DNA from: an uncultured Chloroflexia bacterium
GTDB taxonomy: Bacteria > Chloroflexota > Anaerolineae > CG2-30-64-16
Assembly: GCA_963774265.1 (NCBI GenBank)
Contig: CAVZDU010000003.1
Coordinates: forward strand, 320,001 to 384,000
Reading direction: 5' to 3'
Length of the DNA stretch: 64,000 nucleotides
The first letter of the stretch is position 1. Every line of letters starts with the position of its first letter. Under the pieces are notes generated by a model that worked only from the letters and a program-made list of their open reading frames with translations, searched no databases and had not been told where the DNA came from. Positions 37,074 through 47,163 of this stretch are shown here, piece after piece. The position numbers and the translations under genes were made by a program.

Positions 37074-38193
37074 AGTATGTCACAAAAAGTACGGGTCACT
37101 TTTCAGTCGAGACTGGCCTAGGTCAACGCCATCGCTGGCGTCATATGGTCGAAGAAGCGTGTGACGGCGTCCAGCAGACCATGCAGCGAACCGTACAAGC
37201 GGTCAGCGGCGGTCTGGCCTTTGAGACGCAGCCAGATGTTCTCAACCGGATTCAGATGCGAGCAGTACTTCGGCAGGTAGTGCAACTGGAGTCGCGGGTG
37301 CTCAGTCAGCCAGGCATCGATGGCCTTAGCCGTATGGCTGGAGTAGTTATCGACGATCAGAATGATCGGACCGCTGGCATACACCGTCAACAGGTGTTCC
37401 AGGAAAGTGATGAAGTCTTCTTTGTGCATATGCTCGCGGATCAACCACGTCCACTGGCCCGTGCGAATGTTGAGCGCTCCAAATAGGCTGCGCGTCTGAT
37501 TGCTGCCGGGCGTCGGGACACGGATCTGCTGGCCCAGCCGATGCCACATTGCTCGAATCAACGGTAGCATCTGGATGCGCGATTCGTCGGCGTACAGCAC
37601 GACTGCAGCTGGGCCAGCCCCAATCACGGCCTGCACTATTGCCCACTGCTTGGCCGCCTTCTGCGGATCAGTCTTGCGGGGCATGGCGAGTCGTGGGCGG
37701 CTCCAGGCCAGGCCGGCCGCATGCAGCGTCTGACGCAGGGTGCTATGGCTCAGATACACGCCGATCTTCTCGGCCAAGGCTAAGGCCAGCATCGCAACCG
37801 TCCACAAGGTCGCGGGATAGTCCGACTGCTCGGGATCCTGCTCGCTCATGTCGACCAAAGTGTCACGGACACGGTCGGTCAGCGTCCGCGGCCGCCCACT
37901 GCGCGGCTCATCATACAGTCCGGCCGGCCCGGCCGCATTGAAGCGGCGGAGCCATTTGCGCACGGTCTTGTACTTGACGCCAAAGATGACGGCGATCTCA
38001 GGCACCGTGCGCTGCTGCGCTGAGAGCAGAACCATCTGCGCTCGTTGGCTAACCCGCCCGATCTCATGGCGGGTCATTCGCTTGAGCTCTTGCAGTTCAG
38101 CATCCGTTGGTGTTCGTACATAGATCATGGCACCCTCCGTAACCCCAGTATATCAGGCAACGAAGAAGTGCCCCGAATTTTCTGTTACCTACT
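37074..38193 (-). mobile_element. IS630-family insertion sequence (1120 bp)
   Basis: TA duplication at 37072-73 and 38194-95; imperfect terminal IRs AGTATGTCACAAAAAGTACGGGTCACTT / AGTAGGTAACAGAAAATTCGGGGCACTT (22 of 28 match). Confidence 0.93.
37118..38128 (-). CDS. IS630 transposase, single intact ORF
   Basis: HTH with RSGRPR; DDE triad YADES / IVDN / LNPVE; YLPKYCSHLNP. Confidence 0.95.
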   Translation of the reverse strand: MIYVRTPTDAELQELKRMTRHEIGRVSQRAQMVLLSAQQRTVPEIAVIFGVKYKTVRKWLRRFNAAGPAGLYDEPRSGRPRTLTDRVRDTLVDMSEQDPEQSDYPATLWTVAMLALALAEKIGVYLSHSTLRQTLHAAGLAWSRPRLAMPRKTDPQKAAKQWAIVQAVIGAGPAAVVLYADESRIQMLPLIRAMWHRLGQQIRVPTPGSNQTRSLFGALNIRTGQWTWLIREHMHKEDFITFLEHLLTVYASGPIILIVDNYSSHTAKAIDAWLTEHPRLQLHYLPKYCSHLNPVENIWLRLKGQTAADRLYGSLHGLLDAVTRFFDHMTPAMALT

Positions 38194-38993
38194 TAGTGTC
38201 GGGGGCAGGTTCTCAAAGTCCACGACCAGCACACGGCCTTCGCCGAACTGCCGGCGCAAGGTCGCAAGTGCACCGTCGAACATCAGCTTGCCGCGATCGA
38301 TCATGATCACGCGCTCGCAGAGCTTTTCGACATCGCCGAGATCGTGCGTGGTCAGGATGACCGTCGTACCGCGCTCTCGGTTCATGGAGCGGATGAACTC
38401 GCGAATGCGTTCCTTGGCGACCACGTCGAGGCCGATGGTCGGCTCGTCGAGGAAGAGCAGGCGCGGGTCGTGGAGCAGCGCGGCGGCTAGGTCCGCGCGC
38501 ATGCGCTGGCCCAGGGAGAGGCTGCGCACGGGCGTGTCGAGAAATTCGGCAAGCCCGAGCAGGTCACCGAAGAGGGCCATATTCTGCCGGTAACGCGGCT
38601 CGGGCACGCGATAGATGTGTCGCAGCAGGTCGAGCGACTCAATCACGGGCAAGTCCCACCACAGCGATGTGCGCTGCCCGAACACTGCACCGATGGCGCG
38701 TACGTGCTGTCGCCGTTGCTGCCAGGGAACGCGGCCATCGATCTGCACCTCGCCAGAGGTGGGGACCAGAATTCCCGTCAGCATCTTCAGGGTGGTTGAC
38801 TTTCCCGCGCCGTTGGGCCCCAGGTAGCCCACCAGTTCGCCATCGTTGATGTGAAATGAGATGCCGTCTACGGCGCGCACGGTGGTGTGTTCGCGCGTGA
38901 CGAGATTGCGTATCGCGCCGAGCCCGCCGCGGTGATGCTTATAGACGTGGAACTCCTTGCGAAGATCACGGACTTCGATCATGGTCGCCTCGA

Positions 38994-39806
38994 TCAGCTC
39001 CCAGTGCTCTGATAATGGCGCACGCCCATGCGCCACACGGCAAGCGCGCCTCCGAAGGCCGCCAGGGCCACCGCCGGCGAGAGGAAAGATGTCCATGCCG
39101 GAAGGCCCAGGGGGTCGCGTCTGTCAAGCAGATACAGGGACGGGTAGTAGTTGATGAAGGCCAGTGGGATGATGAACGTGAACAAGGACACCAGCCATTG
39201 CTGATAAATATGCATGGGATAGCTCGTCATGAACTGGCCGCCGTAGGTGAAGATGTTGGCCGCTTCGTGGGATTGCGGCGACCAGAACGAGGCGGTCGCG
39301 CCGACGATCAGAACCGCCGAGAAGAGCAGCGTGGCCGCGCCGATCATCACGAGCAGAAAGCCCCACTTGGCAGGGGGCCAAGCCGGCTGAAGCAGGTAGA
39401 ACGCGACAACGAGCGCGATGAGCCCCTGGGCAAGGCGGCCGAAGCGCCGTGTGGGGAAGCGGTTGCTGATCATTTGGAAGACGATTGGCAGCGGCTTGAG
39501 CAAGATCCGGTCGAAATCCCCGTTAACCACTTGCTTATCGAAGTCGTCGAACGCGCCGACGAACATTTCGGCCAGGCTGAACGACACTGACGATGCGCCG
39601 TACAGAAACATGACCTCCGCCAGGGTCCAGCCGCCGATAGCTCGAAAGCGCGTCATCAGGATGGCGACCATCAGCAGATCGAGCCCGCTCACGAACAGCG
39701 TGCCGATGCTTTCTGCGAAGAAAGAGAAGCGGTACTGCATCTGCGATCTGAGTTGCACGCCGATCAGGCGGCGGTACAGATCCAGGTAGTAGGCGAGAGT
39801 CTGCAC
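38994..39806 (-). CDS. ABC-2 type permease (DUF990-like)
   Basis: MQYRFSF, IGGWT, GDFDRILLKP, YP..IY, YQSTGS. Confidence 0.88.
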   Translation of the reverse strand: MQTLAYYLDLYRRLIGVQLRSQMQYRFSFFAESIGTLFVSGLDLLMVAILMTRFRAIGGWTLAEVMFLYGASSVSFSLAEMFVGAFDDFDKQVVNGDFDRILLKPLPIVFQMISNRFPTRRFGRLAQGLIALVVAFYLLQPAWPPAKWGFLLVMIGAATLLFSAVLIVGATASFWSPQSHEAANIFTYGGQFMTSYPMHIYQQWLVSLFTFIIPLAFINYYPSLYLLDRRDPLGLPAWTSFLSPAVALAAFGGALAVWRMGVRHYQSTGS

Positions 39807-39811
39807 AGGGA

Positions 39812-40603
39812 TTATCCTCCAGCGAGTACAACCCGGCGCACCATGCGTGACAGTGTCCAGCGCCCAGCCACGACGAGAACGACCAACCAGACCAGTTGTC
39901 GTGCGAGCACCGTCCCGAGCTCAGAGGGCGTCAGTTTGCCGAGGTAGACGTCGACGGGCAGTTGGGCCAGGCCGCCGAACGGGAGCGCATTGGCGACCGC
40001 CCGCAGGGCCGGCGGAAAGAAGCGCAGCGGTACGATGAAGCCGGCGAAGAAGAGGATCAGGGTGTTGGCCAGGTACAGGGCGCCCCTGGCATCGCTGGTC
40101 CAAAAGGCGAGGCTGTTGGTGATGAAGCGAAACGCGAAGCTGATCACGATACCGAACGCGACCGTGATGACGAAAAGCAGCCACTGCTCCGGGCTGGCAG
40201 GGGTGATAATGCCGAAGAATAGGGCGCCCAGGGCGAAAACGGGGATGCCGCGGAAAATCATGTAGTAGACCGCACGGCCGAAGTCAATGGCGGCCCAGTA
40301 CAGATAGAAATCCACCGGACGGCTCAGGTCTGTCATGATCGTGCCCTTGATGACGGCGTCGGATAGCTCAGTGTTGCCGAAGGCGGACATCGTGTTGAGC
40401 AGTGACTGTGCGATGATGGCATAGGTGATGGTTTCGGGCAGCGTGAACCCGCCCACCTGGTCGCGGCCAACGTAGAGCGCCTGATAGATGAGGATGTAGA
40501 TCGCGCCGAAGAACGTATTGGTCGCGATGCCGGCCAGGTTTGCGGCGCGATACGCCAGGTTCTTCTGGAACGATTTGACGGCTAGATGCCAGTAGACGGA
40601 CAC
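39812..40603 (-). CDS. ABC-2 type permease (DUF990-like)
   Basis: LAYR, GTIMTDLSRP, AFW, GFIVPL.FFP, LPF, C-terminal LAGG; AGGAG SD before GTG. Confidence 0.88.
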   Translation of the reverse strand: MSVYWHLAVKSFQKNLAYRAANLAGIATNTFFGAIYILIYQALYVGRDQVGGFTLPETITYAIIAQSLLNTMSAFGNTELSDAVIKGTIMTDLSRPVDFYLYWAAIDFGRAVYYMIFRGIPVFALGALFFGIITPASPEQWLLFVITVAFGIVISFAFRFITNSLAFWTSDARGALYLANTLILFFAGFIVPLRFFPPALRAVANALPFGGLAQLPVDVYLGKLTPSELGTVLARQLVWLVVLVVAGRWTLSRMVRRVVLAGG

Positions 40604-40649
40604 GAGGCTCCTACAGACGAGGAAGTGGTGAGTGGCCGGCAGCGTCTGC

Positions 40650-41537
40650 CTAGACCTTACCTTGTCGCAGCTGCCGGATGAATGGCTCATACGCTGAAAC
40701 ATCGGCGCGCACCTTGCTGCGCACGATGTAATCCTGGACGATTTGCGCCTGCTGTTCGCGGTTGAAGTTCCTTATTTGCTTCCCTTTGTGCAGCGCATCC
40801 ATGAGTCCTTCGACGCCACCATAGCCGTACCCTTCCTCCTCTTGGGCGAGGAGGGCCTCCGCAAAGTAGCGGCTTCCAGCGCGCTCGTATTGGTAGACGT
40901 GGACGATCTCATGGACAACGATTTCGACGTTGCTGCGTTGGTGTTCCCCCCGTTCGGGCAGATTGATGGTGTGAAAGGTGGCGAAGGCGCGGTGTCCGTT
41001 CTTCGCAAAGATCCATCGCAACACGCCGCCCTGCGCCACGCGAATATCCTGATAGCGCATCGCGCGCGGTCCCAGCACGGCGGCGGCCGCAGCGATCTCC
41101 TCGCCCGTCAGAGGGCTCGTGCGCGTGACGATGCGCCAGGCAAACGCGAAGATTTCAGGCGCGCCGAGGAGGTCCAGGGCTTCCAGCACGAATTGAATGG
41201 TGCGGGCCAGGCCGCGACGGCCGGCAGCCCGCAGGAAGGGGCGCACATGTTGGCGGCCGCCGCGTTGCGCGATCCGCACCCCCGAGGGGAGCAGCGTGAC
41301 GATGCCGACCAGGGCGGTGATCAGCGTCGTCGCGAGCCTGGCAACGCGCGTGGGCAAGTAACGCACGACGTTCGCGACCCATCCCCCTGCATCTTCGATC
41401 CGATCGCCCAACCAGTCCGCACCTATCTCCACCGTGCGGCCCGCGCGCCGGAATGCGGAGGGACGATCACCCTCCGCCGGTTCCGGGCCGGTGATCTCCA
41501 AGACACTGAAATCGGGTCGCAGGTCGTCGCCGGCCAT
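40650..41537 (-). CDS. HEXXH zinc metallopeptidase-like protein (DUF4157/Rhs-associated type)
   Basis: SPLT.EE, VVHEIVHVYQ, YGY, FNREQQAQIV. Confidence 0.7.
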   Translation of the reverse strand: MAGDDLRPDFSVLEITGPEPAEGDRPSAFRRAGRTVEIGADWLGDRIEDAGGWVANVVRYLPTRVARLATTLITALVGIVTLLPSGVRIAQRGGRQHVRPFLRAAGRRGLARTIQFVLEALDLLGAPEIFAFAWRIVTRTSPLTGEEIAAAAAVLGPRAMRYQDIRVAQGGVLRWIFAKNGHRAFATFHTINLPERGEHQRSNVEIVVHEIVHVYQYERAGSRYFAEALLAQEEEGYGYGGVEGLMDALHKGKQIRNFNREQQAQIVQDYIVRSKVRADVSAYEPFIRQLRQGKV

Positions 41538-41776
41538 GACAGCTTTCCTCACACAAAGAAGAGATGTGGCTCATTGTAGCGCATCCCTTGGCGGGCCGGA
41601 AGTGCGGGCATGTGGCTCTTCAAGCAGTATCGTCCGGCCGGATCGATGTGGCCAGTTGCCCCTTTTGGGCTTGTCTACCGGGTCCATACTATGGTATTAT
41701 TTATTTGTAAGTCAATTCCTGCTATCGATCGGTGGAAGAAGGTCAACGGCGGGCTGCATCAGCAAAGGATGGTCGA

Positions 41777-43834
41777 ATGAGCACTATAGCTGTTCGTTTG
41801 CAGGCGACCCCAGAGGGGTCCACGGGCGTCGTCGTCTTCGCAGCTCTGTTCGCTGCGCCTGAGGACGATGCATCGGCTGCCCTCGAGTGCGCGGCGGCCG
41901 AGGTCGTGACGGGAGATGGTCACCGGTGTGACGCTGGATTGATCTGCCCCCCAACCACGGTGACGTGGCGTGAGCAGCGGCAATGGGTGCTCTGCTCGCA
42001 CACCTATCGCGGATCAGGTCCCTATACGGCCGAGTTGGTTCTCGACGGGATCGTGGCAGCCAGTGTCGTTGTCCAGCCGGCGCAGGCTCAGGCGCGTGGC
42101 CTGGAAGAGGCAGGTGTATCCGAGGCGGTTCCGCTCTTCGTAATCGCGCCTGTGCGGAATGAACCGGCGCAGCGAATGATGACTTTGCACGCGCCGGCGT
42201 TGCTGCCTGGACAGCGGCTGCGCGTGGATGCGGGCGCGGGGCAGGTGCGCGAGCTGGCTGGAGAGCAAGGGCAGGTGGTCACCGCCGAGATGGTCCTGGT
42301 GTACCCCAAGCCTGGGTCTTACCTGGTGACCGTGGACTTGCTCGACGGCGAGGGTTTTTGGCTCGAGACACTGGCTCAAACACCGCTCGACATTTCTGCG
42401 CCTGAGGCAGATGTCGCCGTGGGCTCACCATCATCCGTCACCGAAACGTCCGCGAGAGATGTCGGGATGGCGCAGGCGTCGCAGCCCTGGCTGCCTTACC
42501 GCAATTTCAAACCGAAGACCGGCGGTGCGCGCACCTACAGCCGGCCCGGGGGCGGCACAGTCCGTCGCGTCGCGGGCACGGGTGTGTGGATGACTGCGCG
42601 CCGAGAGACCACGGTCGGCGGCGCAACCTGGTATCAGACGGCCGGCGGCGACTGGATCAGAGCGGATGCGGTTACCTTCTTCACGCCATCCGACCTGCGC
42701 GGCGTGTTGCTCGACGAAGCGGCGCCGCCGCCCCCTCCGCCGGAGCCCCCGCCCCCTTCCGAACAACGCCAGGGAGTCGTCACGGCGAGCAGCCTGAATG
42801 TGCGAGCACGGCCTGGCGTGGGGGCAGGCAGTTCTGTGGTGGGAATGCTGCGCGCAGGTGAAAAAGTCACGATCTACGAGGAGCAGCGCGTGGGTTCCGA
42901 GACGTGGTATCGGATCGGTGTTGACCGCTGGGTCAGCGGCGCCTACATCCGGCTTACCGCAGACACTCAACCCACACCACAGCCCTCCGGCCGTAAGGGC
43001 ATCGTGACGGCAATGACCCTTAACGTGAGGGCTCGGCCCGGTGTCAGCGCGACGAATCCACCGGTGGCCGCACTGCGCGCGGGCGCAGAAGTGACCATCT
43101 ATGAAGAGCGGGCGGTGGCCGGTGAGGTGTGGTACCGGATCGGCACAGATCGCTGGGTTTTGGCCCAATGGGTGCGGGTTGTCGAGGCACTCAACCAGTC
43201 GATAGCCCAGATCCGGCTGGTGGATCAAAAACTCAGCCTGCCTCTCGGTTGGGTTGTGCCCGACAAGCTGGATGTCCGTGCACAACCGGGGGTTGGTGCA
43301 GGCAATCCGGTGATTGCACAGTTGACCCACAACCAGGTGCTGCCCATCCTGGGGGAGACGACTGTGGGCGGTGCGCGTTGGTATCGCGTCGCAGAACAAC
43401 AGTGGGTGGAGGCGCGGCAGGTGGGGGTGGCGCGCAAGCGGCCGCGTCCGTCGAGCATCGGTCCGAGCACGTTGTGGGTGGCGGTCAATTTGTCCCAACA
43501 AACCGTGGTGGCCTACGAGGGCGACCGGCCGGTGTTTGCTGGGCTGGCTGCGACGGGAGTGGCGGGTGCACCGACTGTGCAAGGGATCTTCCGCACGTGG
43601 AGGCGGCTGGAAACAGGCAAGATGTCCGGCCCCGGCTATGACATCGAGGATGTCACGTGGACCTGCTATTTCTACGGCGGGTACGCCTTGCACACCGCCT
43701 ACTGGCACGACAAATTCGGACGCCCGCGCAGCCACGGGTGCGTCAACCTGAGCCCATACGACGCCTGGTGGCTCTATCAGTGGAGTGCGAAGGGCGGGGC
43801 GAATAGCCCGACGGTCTATGTTTATTGGGCATAA
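41777..43834 (+). CDS. L,D-transpeptidase (YkuD) with multiple SH3b repeats and an N-terminal PKD-like region
   Basis: Repeated LNVRARPG...WYRIG..RWV units; VNLSQQ, HTAYWH, SHGCVNL. Confidence 0.9.
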   Translation: MSTIAVRLQATPEGSTGVVVFAALFAAPEDDASAALECAAAEVVTGDGHRCDAGLICPPTTVTWREQRQWVLCSHTYRGSGPYTAELVLDGIVAASVVVQPAQAQARGLEEAGVSEAVPLFVIAPVRNEPAQRMMTLHAPALLPGQRLRVDAGAGQVRELAGEQGQVVTAEMVLVYPKPGSYLVTVDLLDGEGFWLETLAQTPLDISAPEADVAVGSPSSVTETSARDVGMAQASQPWLPYRNFKPKTGGARTYSRPGGGTVRRVAGTGVWMTARRETTVGGATWYQTAGGDWIRADAVTFFTPSDLRGVLLDEAAPPPPPPEPPPPSEQRQGVVTASSLNVRARPGVGAGSSVVGMLRAGEKVTIYEEQRVGSETWYRIGVDRWVSGAYIRLTADTQPTPQPSGRKGIVTAMTLNVRARPGVSATNPPVAALRAGAEVTIYEERAVAGEVWYRIGTDRWVLAQWVRVVEALNQSIAQIRLVDQKLSLPLGWVVPDKLDVRAQPGVGAGNPVIAQLTHNQVLPILGETTVGGARWYRVAEQQWVEARQVGVARKRPRPSSIGPSTLWVAVNLSQQTVVAYEGDRPVFAGLAATGVAGAPTVQGIFRTWRRLETGKMSGPGYDIEDVTWTCYFYGGYALHTAYWHDKFGRPRSHGCVNLSPYDAWWLYQWSAKGGANSPTVYVYWA

Positions 43835-43854
43835 ACCGAAGTGACGCCTGTTTT

Positions 43855-43883
43855 TTGACAGGAAAGCCAGGACTACGTATAAT
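43855..43883 (+). promoter_or_regulatory. Perfect-consensus sigma70 promoter of rplU-rpmA-rpmE
   Basis: TTGACA-17 nt-TATAAT. Confidence 0.93.
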
Positions 43884-44011
43884 CAGAGTTCGGTGCGGCC
43901 CTGGTCGGGCCGTTCCATCGCGTTTATTAGCCCTAAATTGTGTGTGGACCGCCAAGTCCAAGTCTCGTCTGCCCCAGGCATGATGAGCGCGGCCCGCCAG
44001 GAGCAAAGAGC

Positions 44012-44329
44012 ATGTTCGTAGTGGTCGAAACCGGCGGAAAGCAATACAAAGCAACGCCGGGGGGGTTCATCGAGGTCGAGAAGCTGCCGGGTGACAAAGG
44101 CGAGCAGATCACGTTGGACCGGGTTCTTCTGGTTGCCGATGGCGAAAACGTGACTATCGGACAGCCGTTCATCAAGGGTGCGACCGTGGTGACGACGGTG
44201 GCGCTGCAAGCGCGGCGCCGCAAGGTGCTGCACTTCCTGTACGCGCCTAAGAAGCGCGAACGCAAAAAGACGGGTCACCGCCAGCCCTTCACGCGGTTGC
44301 GGATCGAGTCGGTCCAGGGTCTGGTTTAA
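44012..44329 (+). CDS. rplU: 50S ribosomal protein L21
   Basis: MFVVVETGGKQY, GHRQPFT. Confidence 0.97.
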   Translation: MFVVVETGGKQYKATPGGFIEVEKLPGDKGEQITLDRVLLVADGENVTIGQPFIKGATVVTTVALQARRRKVLHFLYAPKKRERKKTGHRQPFTRLRIESVQGLV

Positions 44330-44341
44330 GGGAGATTTGAA

Positions 44342-44596
44342 ATGGCTCACAAAAAAGGTGGCGGTTCCAGCCGCAACGGTCGTGATAGCGTCGGCCAACG
44401 CCTCGGCGTGAAAAAATACGGCGGAGAGCACGTGCTCTCCGGCAATATCATCATTCGCCAGCACGGCACCAAGTTCCATGCCGGCCTCAACACAGACCTT
44501 GGTAGGGATTTCACCCTCTTCGCAACGGCTGAAGGTTTCGTTAAGTTCGAGCTGAAGAACGGGCGCAAGGTCGTGAGCGTTTATCCAGAGGCATAA
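44342..44596 (+). CDS. rpmA: 50S ribosomal protein L27
   Basis: [16 protein letters not shown]. Confidence 0.98.
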   Translation: MAHKKGGGSSRNGRDSVGQRLGVKKYGGEHVLSGNIIIRQHGTKFHAGLNTDLGRDFTLFATAEGFVKFELKNGRKVVSVYPEA

Positions 44597-44598
44597 CT

Positions 44599-44892
44599 AT
44601 GAAGGCAAAAATTCACCCCAAGTACTATCCCGAAGCGCGGATCATCTGTGCATGCGGTAATACCTATACGACCGGCTCGACAGCGCCGGAGCTGAAGGTA
44701 GACATCTGTTCGCAGTGCCACCCATTCTACACGGGTGAGCAGCGCATCGTTGACACCGCCGGCCAGGTCGATCGCTTCATGAAGCGGCTTGAGCGCACTG
44801 CGGACACGGTCGACACGATCCGCTCGCAGCAAGACATCCAGAAGCGCACTGTCCAGGAGCAGCGGCTGGCCAGGCGCCGCGGCGACGCATAG
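44599..44892 (+). CDS. rpmE: 50S ribosomal protein L31 (Zn-binding type, extended C-terminus)
   Basis: [23 protein letters not shown]. Confidence 0.97.
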   Translation: MKAKIHPKYYPEARIICACGNTYTTGSTAPELKVDICSQCHPFYTGEQRIVDTAGQVDRFMKRLERTADTVDTIRSQQDIQKRTVQEQRLARRRGDA

Positions 44893-44935
44893 TCGATTAC
44901 CGCTAACCCTCCAAAGCCAGTAGATTGACTGCAGA

Positions 44936-44972
44936 GAGCTGGATGCCGTTGACCCGGCGTCCAGCTTTTTTT
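44936..44972 (+). terminator. Intrinsic terminator after rpmE
   Basis: gagctggatgccg-ttgacc-cggcgtccagctttttttt. Confidence 0.85.
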
Positions 44973-45009
44973 CACCTCAAGAAGGCTCTACCAGCAAAGG
45001 ACGTGACGC

Positions 45010-45615
45010 ATGCCTCCCTACTTCCAGCCGAGAGGCGGGTGGATCGAGATCATCTGCGGAAGTATGTTCAGTGGCAAGACCGAGGAATTGATCCGCCGGG
45101 TGCGCCGGGCGGAAATCGCCCGCCAGCGCGTTCAGGTATTCAAGCCGCGGATCGACAATCGATATGACCTCATGCGCGTTGCCTCGCATGACGGCGGGCA
45201 TTACACGGCCGAGGTGATCGAGCGCGCGAGCGAGGTTTTGGAGAAGCTTAACCCCGAGACGACTGTGGTCGCGATCGATGAGGCGCAGTTCTTTGATTGG
45301 AGCGTGGCGGATGTCGCGCGACTGCTGGCCGACCGGGGGCTGCGGGTGATCATCACCGGGCTCGATCTGGACTTTCGCGGCGAGCCGTTCGGGCCGATGC
45401 CGTTGCTGATGGCCGAGGCCGAGATGGTGGATAAGCTACATGCGATCTGCATCCAGTGTGGAGCGGCCGCGAGCCGCACCCAGCGGCTGATCAACGGCCA
45501 GCCGGCACGTTACACGGACCCGATTATCCTGGTCGGCGCGAGCGAGGTATACGAAGCGCGGTGCCGCGAGCACCACGAGGTGCCGGGCAGGCCGGACCGG
45601 CTGTCAGAAGCATAA
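45010..45615 (+). CDS. tdk: Thymidine kinase
   Basis: [29 protein letters not shown], Zn-binding Cys residues, YEARCR. Confidence 0.96.
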   Translation: MPPYFQPRGGWIEIICGSMFSGKTEELIRRVRRAEIARQRVQVFKPRIDNRYDLMRVASHDGGHYTAEVIERASEVLEKLNPETTVVAIDEAQFFDWSVADVARLLADRGLRVIITGLDLDFRGEPFGPMPLLMAEAEMVDKLHAICIQCGAAASRTQRLINGQPARYTDPIILVGASEVYEARCREHHEVPGRPDRLSEA

Positions 45616-45619
45616 CAGC

Positions 45620-46642
45620 TTATCCGGCCACGATGCGGTCAAGGATGGCTTGCAGTTCCGGCGGCAGCGGCGCGCTGAACCCGACGAATTCGCCGGTCGC
45701 AGGCAGCCTGAACCGCAACCGATGCGCGTGGAGAAACTGGCGGGGGCAGGCAAACGGCAGCTTGCGCCGTGGGCCGTAAACCTCATCGCCCACGATGGGG
45801 TGATTGACATGCGCCAGGTGGACGCGAATCTGGTGCGTCCGTCCTGTCAGCGGGCGGCAGGCCAGCAGACTCAGCCGTTCGCCGGTCGAGGGCATGCGGT
45901 AGGTGGCCAGGGTTTCATAGCGGGTGGTTGCGGGCCGTCCCTGGCTGGCTGCCATGACGCCCATCCGTTTCCGCTCCCGCGGGTCGCGGCCGATGGCCGC
46001 GCTGATCTCGCCTCGCTCCGGATTCATCCCTCCGTACACCAGCGCAAGATATTCCTTTTCGACTTCACGCGCCTTGAACTGGGACTGGAGGTTGCGATTT
46101 GTCGCATCGTTCTTGGCGACGACGATCACGCCCGACGTGTCTTTGTCCAGACGATGGACGATGCCGGGCCGGTGCACGCCGCCGATCCCTTCCAGGTCAG
46201 GCACATGGTATAGCACAGCATTCACCAGCGTGCCGTGCCAGTTGCCGGCCGCAGGATGCACGACCATGCCCGCCGGTTTGTTGATGACGAGCAGGTCGCT
46301 GTCCTCGTACAGCACGTCGAGTGGAATGTCCTCAGGCTTGACATCGTAGATCTCGGGCGGCGGGACGACCACATCGATGGCATCTCCTTCGCTCACCCGG
46401 TGGCTTGCCTTCAACGCCCGGCCCGCCAAAGTGACTTGCCCTGCTTCCATCCACCGCTGCACTTCGGCGCGTGAGCGGTCGGGCAGTTGACCCGCCAGCC
46501 ATTTGTCCAGACGGTCGCCGCTGGATGCCGCGACCAGCGTGAGAGGCTCGCCCTCGCCTTCCAGGTCGGCAGGGTCCTCAAACAAAACTTCGGAAGCCCC
46601 GCGGGCTTCCGAAGCATCTTTCTCCCCTTTCGAAGGCGTCAT
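45620..46642 (-). CDS. rluD: RluA/RluD-family pseudouridine synthase with an S4 domain
   Basis: RLDKWL, NKPAGMVVHP, HRLDKDTSG, GRTHQIRVH. Confidence 0.92.
   Translation of the reverse strand: MTPSKGEKDASEARGASEVLFEDPADLEGEGEPLTLVAASSGDRLDKWLAGQLPDRSRAEVQRWMEAGQVTLAGRALKASHRVSEGDAIDVVVPPPEIYDVKPEDIPLDVLYEDSDLLVINKPAGMVVHPAAGNWHGTLVNAVLYHVPDLEGIGGVHRPGIVHRLDKDTSGVIVVAKNDATNRNLQSQFKAREVEKEYLALVYGGMNPERGEISAAIGRDPRERKRMGVMAASQGRPATTRYETLATYRMPSTGERLSLLACRPLTGRTHQIRVHLAHVNHPIVGDEVYGPRRKLPFACPRQFLHAHRLRFRLPATGEFVGFSAPLPPELQAILDRIVAG
46588..46614. repeat. Perfect 12-bp inverted repeat in the rluD N-terminal coding region
   Basis: CTTCGGAAGCCC-cgc-GGGCTTCCGAAG. Confidence 0.75.
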
Positions 46643-47163
46643 TCTGCGTGCCCTGGCGCCTGGACCTCAGCGCGCTGTGACTCGCTTCGCAACAGCAGAA
46701 TGGCCAGCAGGATGGTGCCGACCACGATCGAGCCGTCTGCGATATTCCACGCCGGCCACTGATAGACGCGTCCGCCTACCGGCAGGGTAAAGAGGAGAAA
46801 ATCAGTAACGAGGCCGCCCTGGGTCAGGCGGTCGACAAGATTGCCAAACGCGCCGCCGAGCTGGAGCCCGAGAGCGATGCGCGTCGCCCAGTTATCGTCC
46901 ACAATGTGACGGGAGTAAACGAGCACCACGATGATGACCACTACGGCCACCACGATGAACAGACCCGCCTGCCCGCGCAGCAGCCCGAACGCCGCGCCGG
47001 AGTTCTGGAAGTGCACCAGGTTGAAGTATTGGCTGAGGTTGGGGAAGGGGGCTAACTGGCCATAGAGCGGGATGTTGGCTTCGATGAGATTCTTGGTCCA
47101 CTGGTCAAGGCAGACGATGACGACCGCGATGGCCAGAATCCAGAGCCAGCGTAAGTTACGCAT
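46639..47163 (-). CDS. lspA: Lipoprotein signal peptidase
   Basis: LDQWTK, NSGAAFG, GGAFGNLVDR, VTDF, WNIAD. Confidence 0.95.
   Translation of the reverse strand: MRNLRWLWILAIAVVIVCLDQWTKNLIEANIPLYGQLAPFPNLSQYFNLVHFQNSGAAFGLLRGQAGLFIVVAVVVIIVVLVYSRHIVDDNWATRIALGLQLGGAFGNLVDRLTQGGLVTDFLLFTLPVGGRVYQWPAWNIADGSIVVGTILLAILLLRSESQRAEVQAPGHAE

Larger units (their letters stand above)
36865..38982 (-). pseudogene. ABC ATP-binding protein interrupted near its C-terminus by IS630
   Basis: GPNGAGKST, LSLGQ, FLDEP, TTH lie in 38196-38982; removing the IS and one TA restores ...ENLPPTL-DLPGAEL...EQEIEEIVRRIY. Confidence 0.9.

Noticed and set aside
42770-43430. Roughly 220-nt direct repeats as a mobile element or DGR template/variable pair
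   Set aside because: They correspond to the SH3b protein repeats, differences are not adenine-specific, and there is no reverse transcriptase
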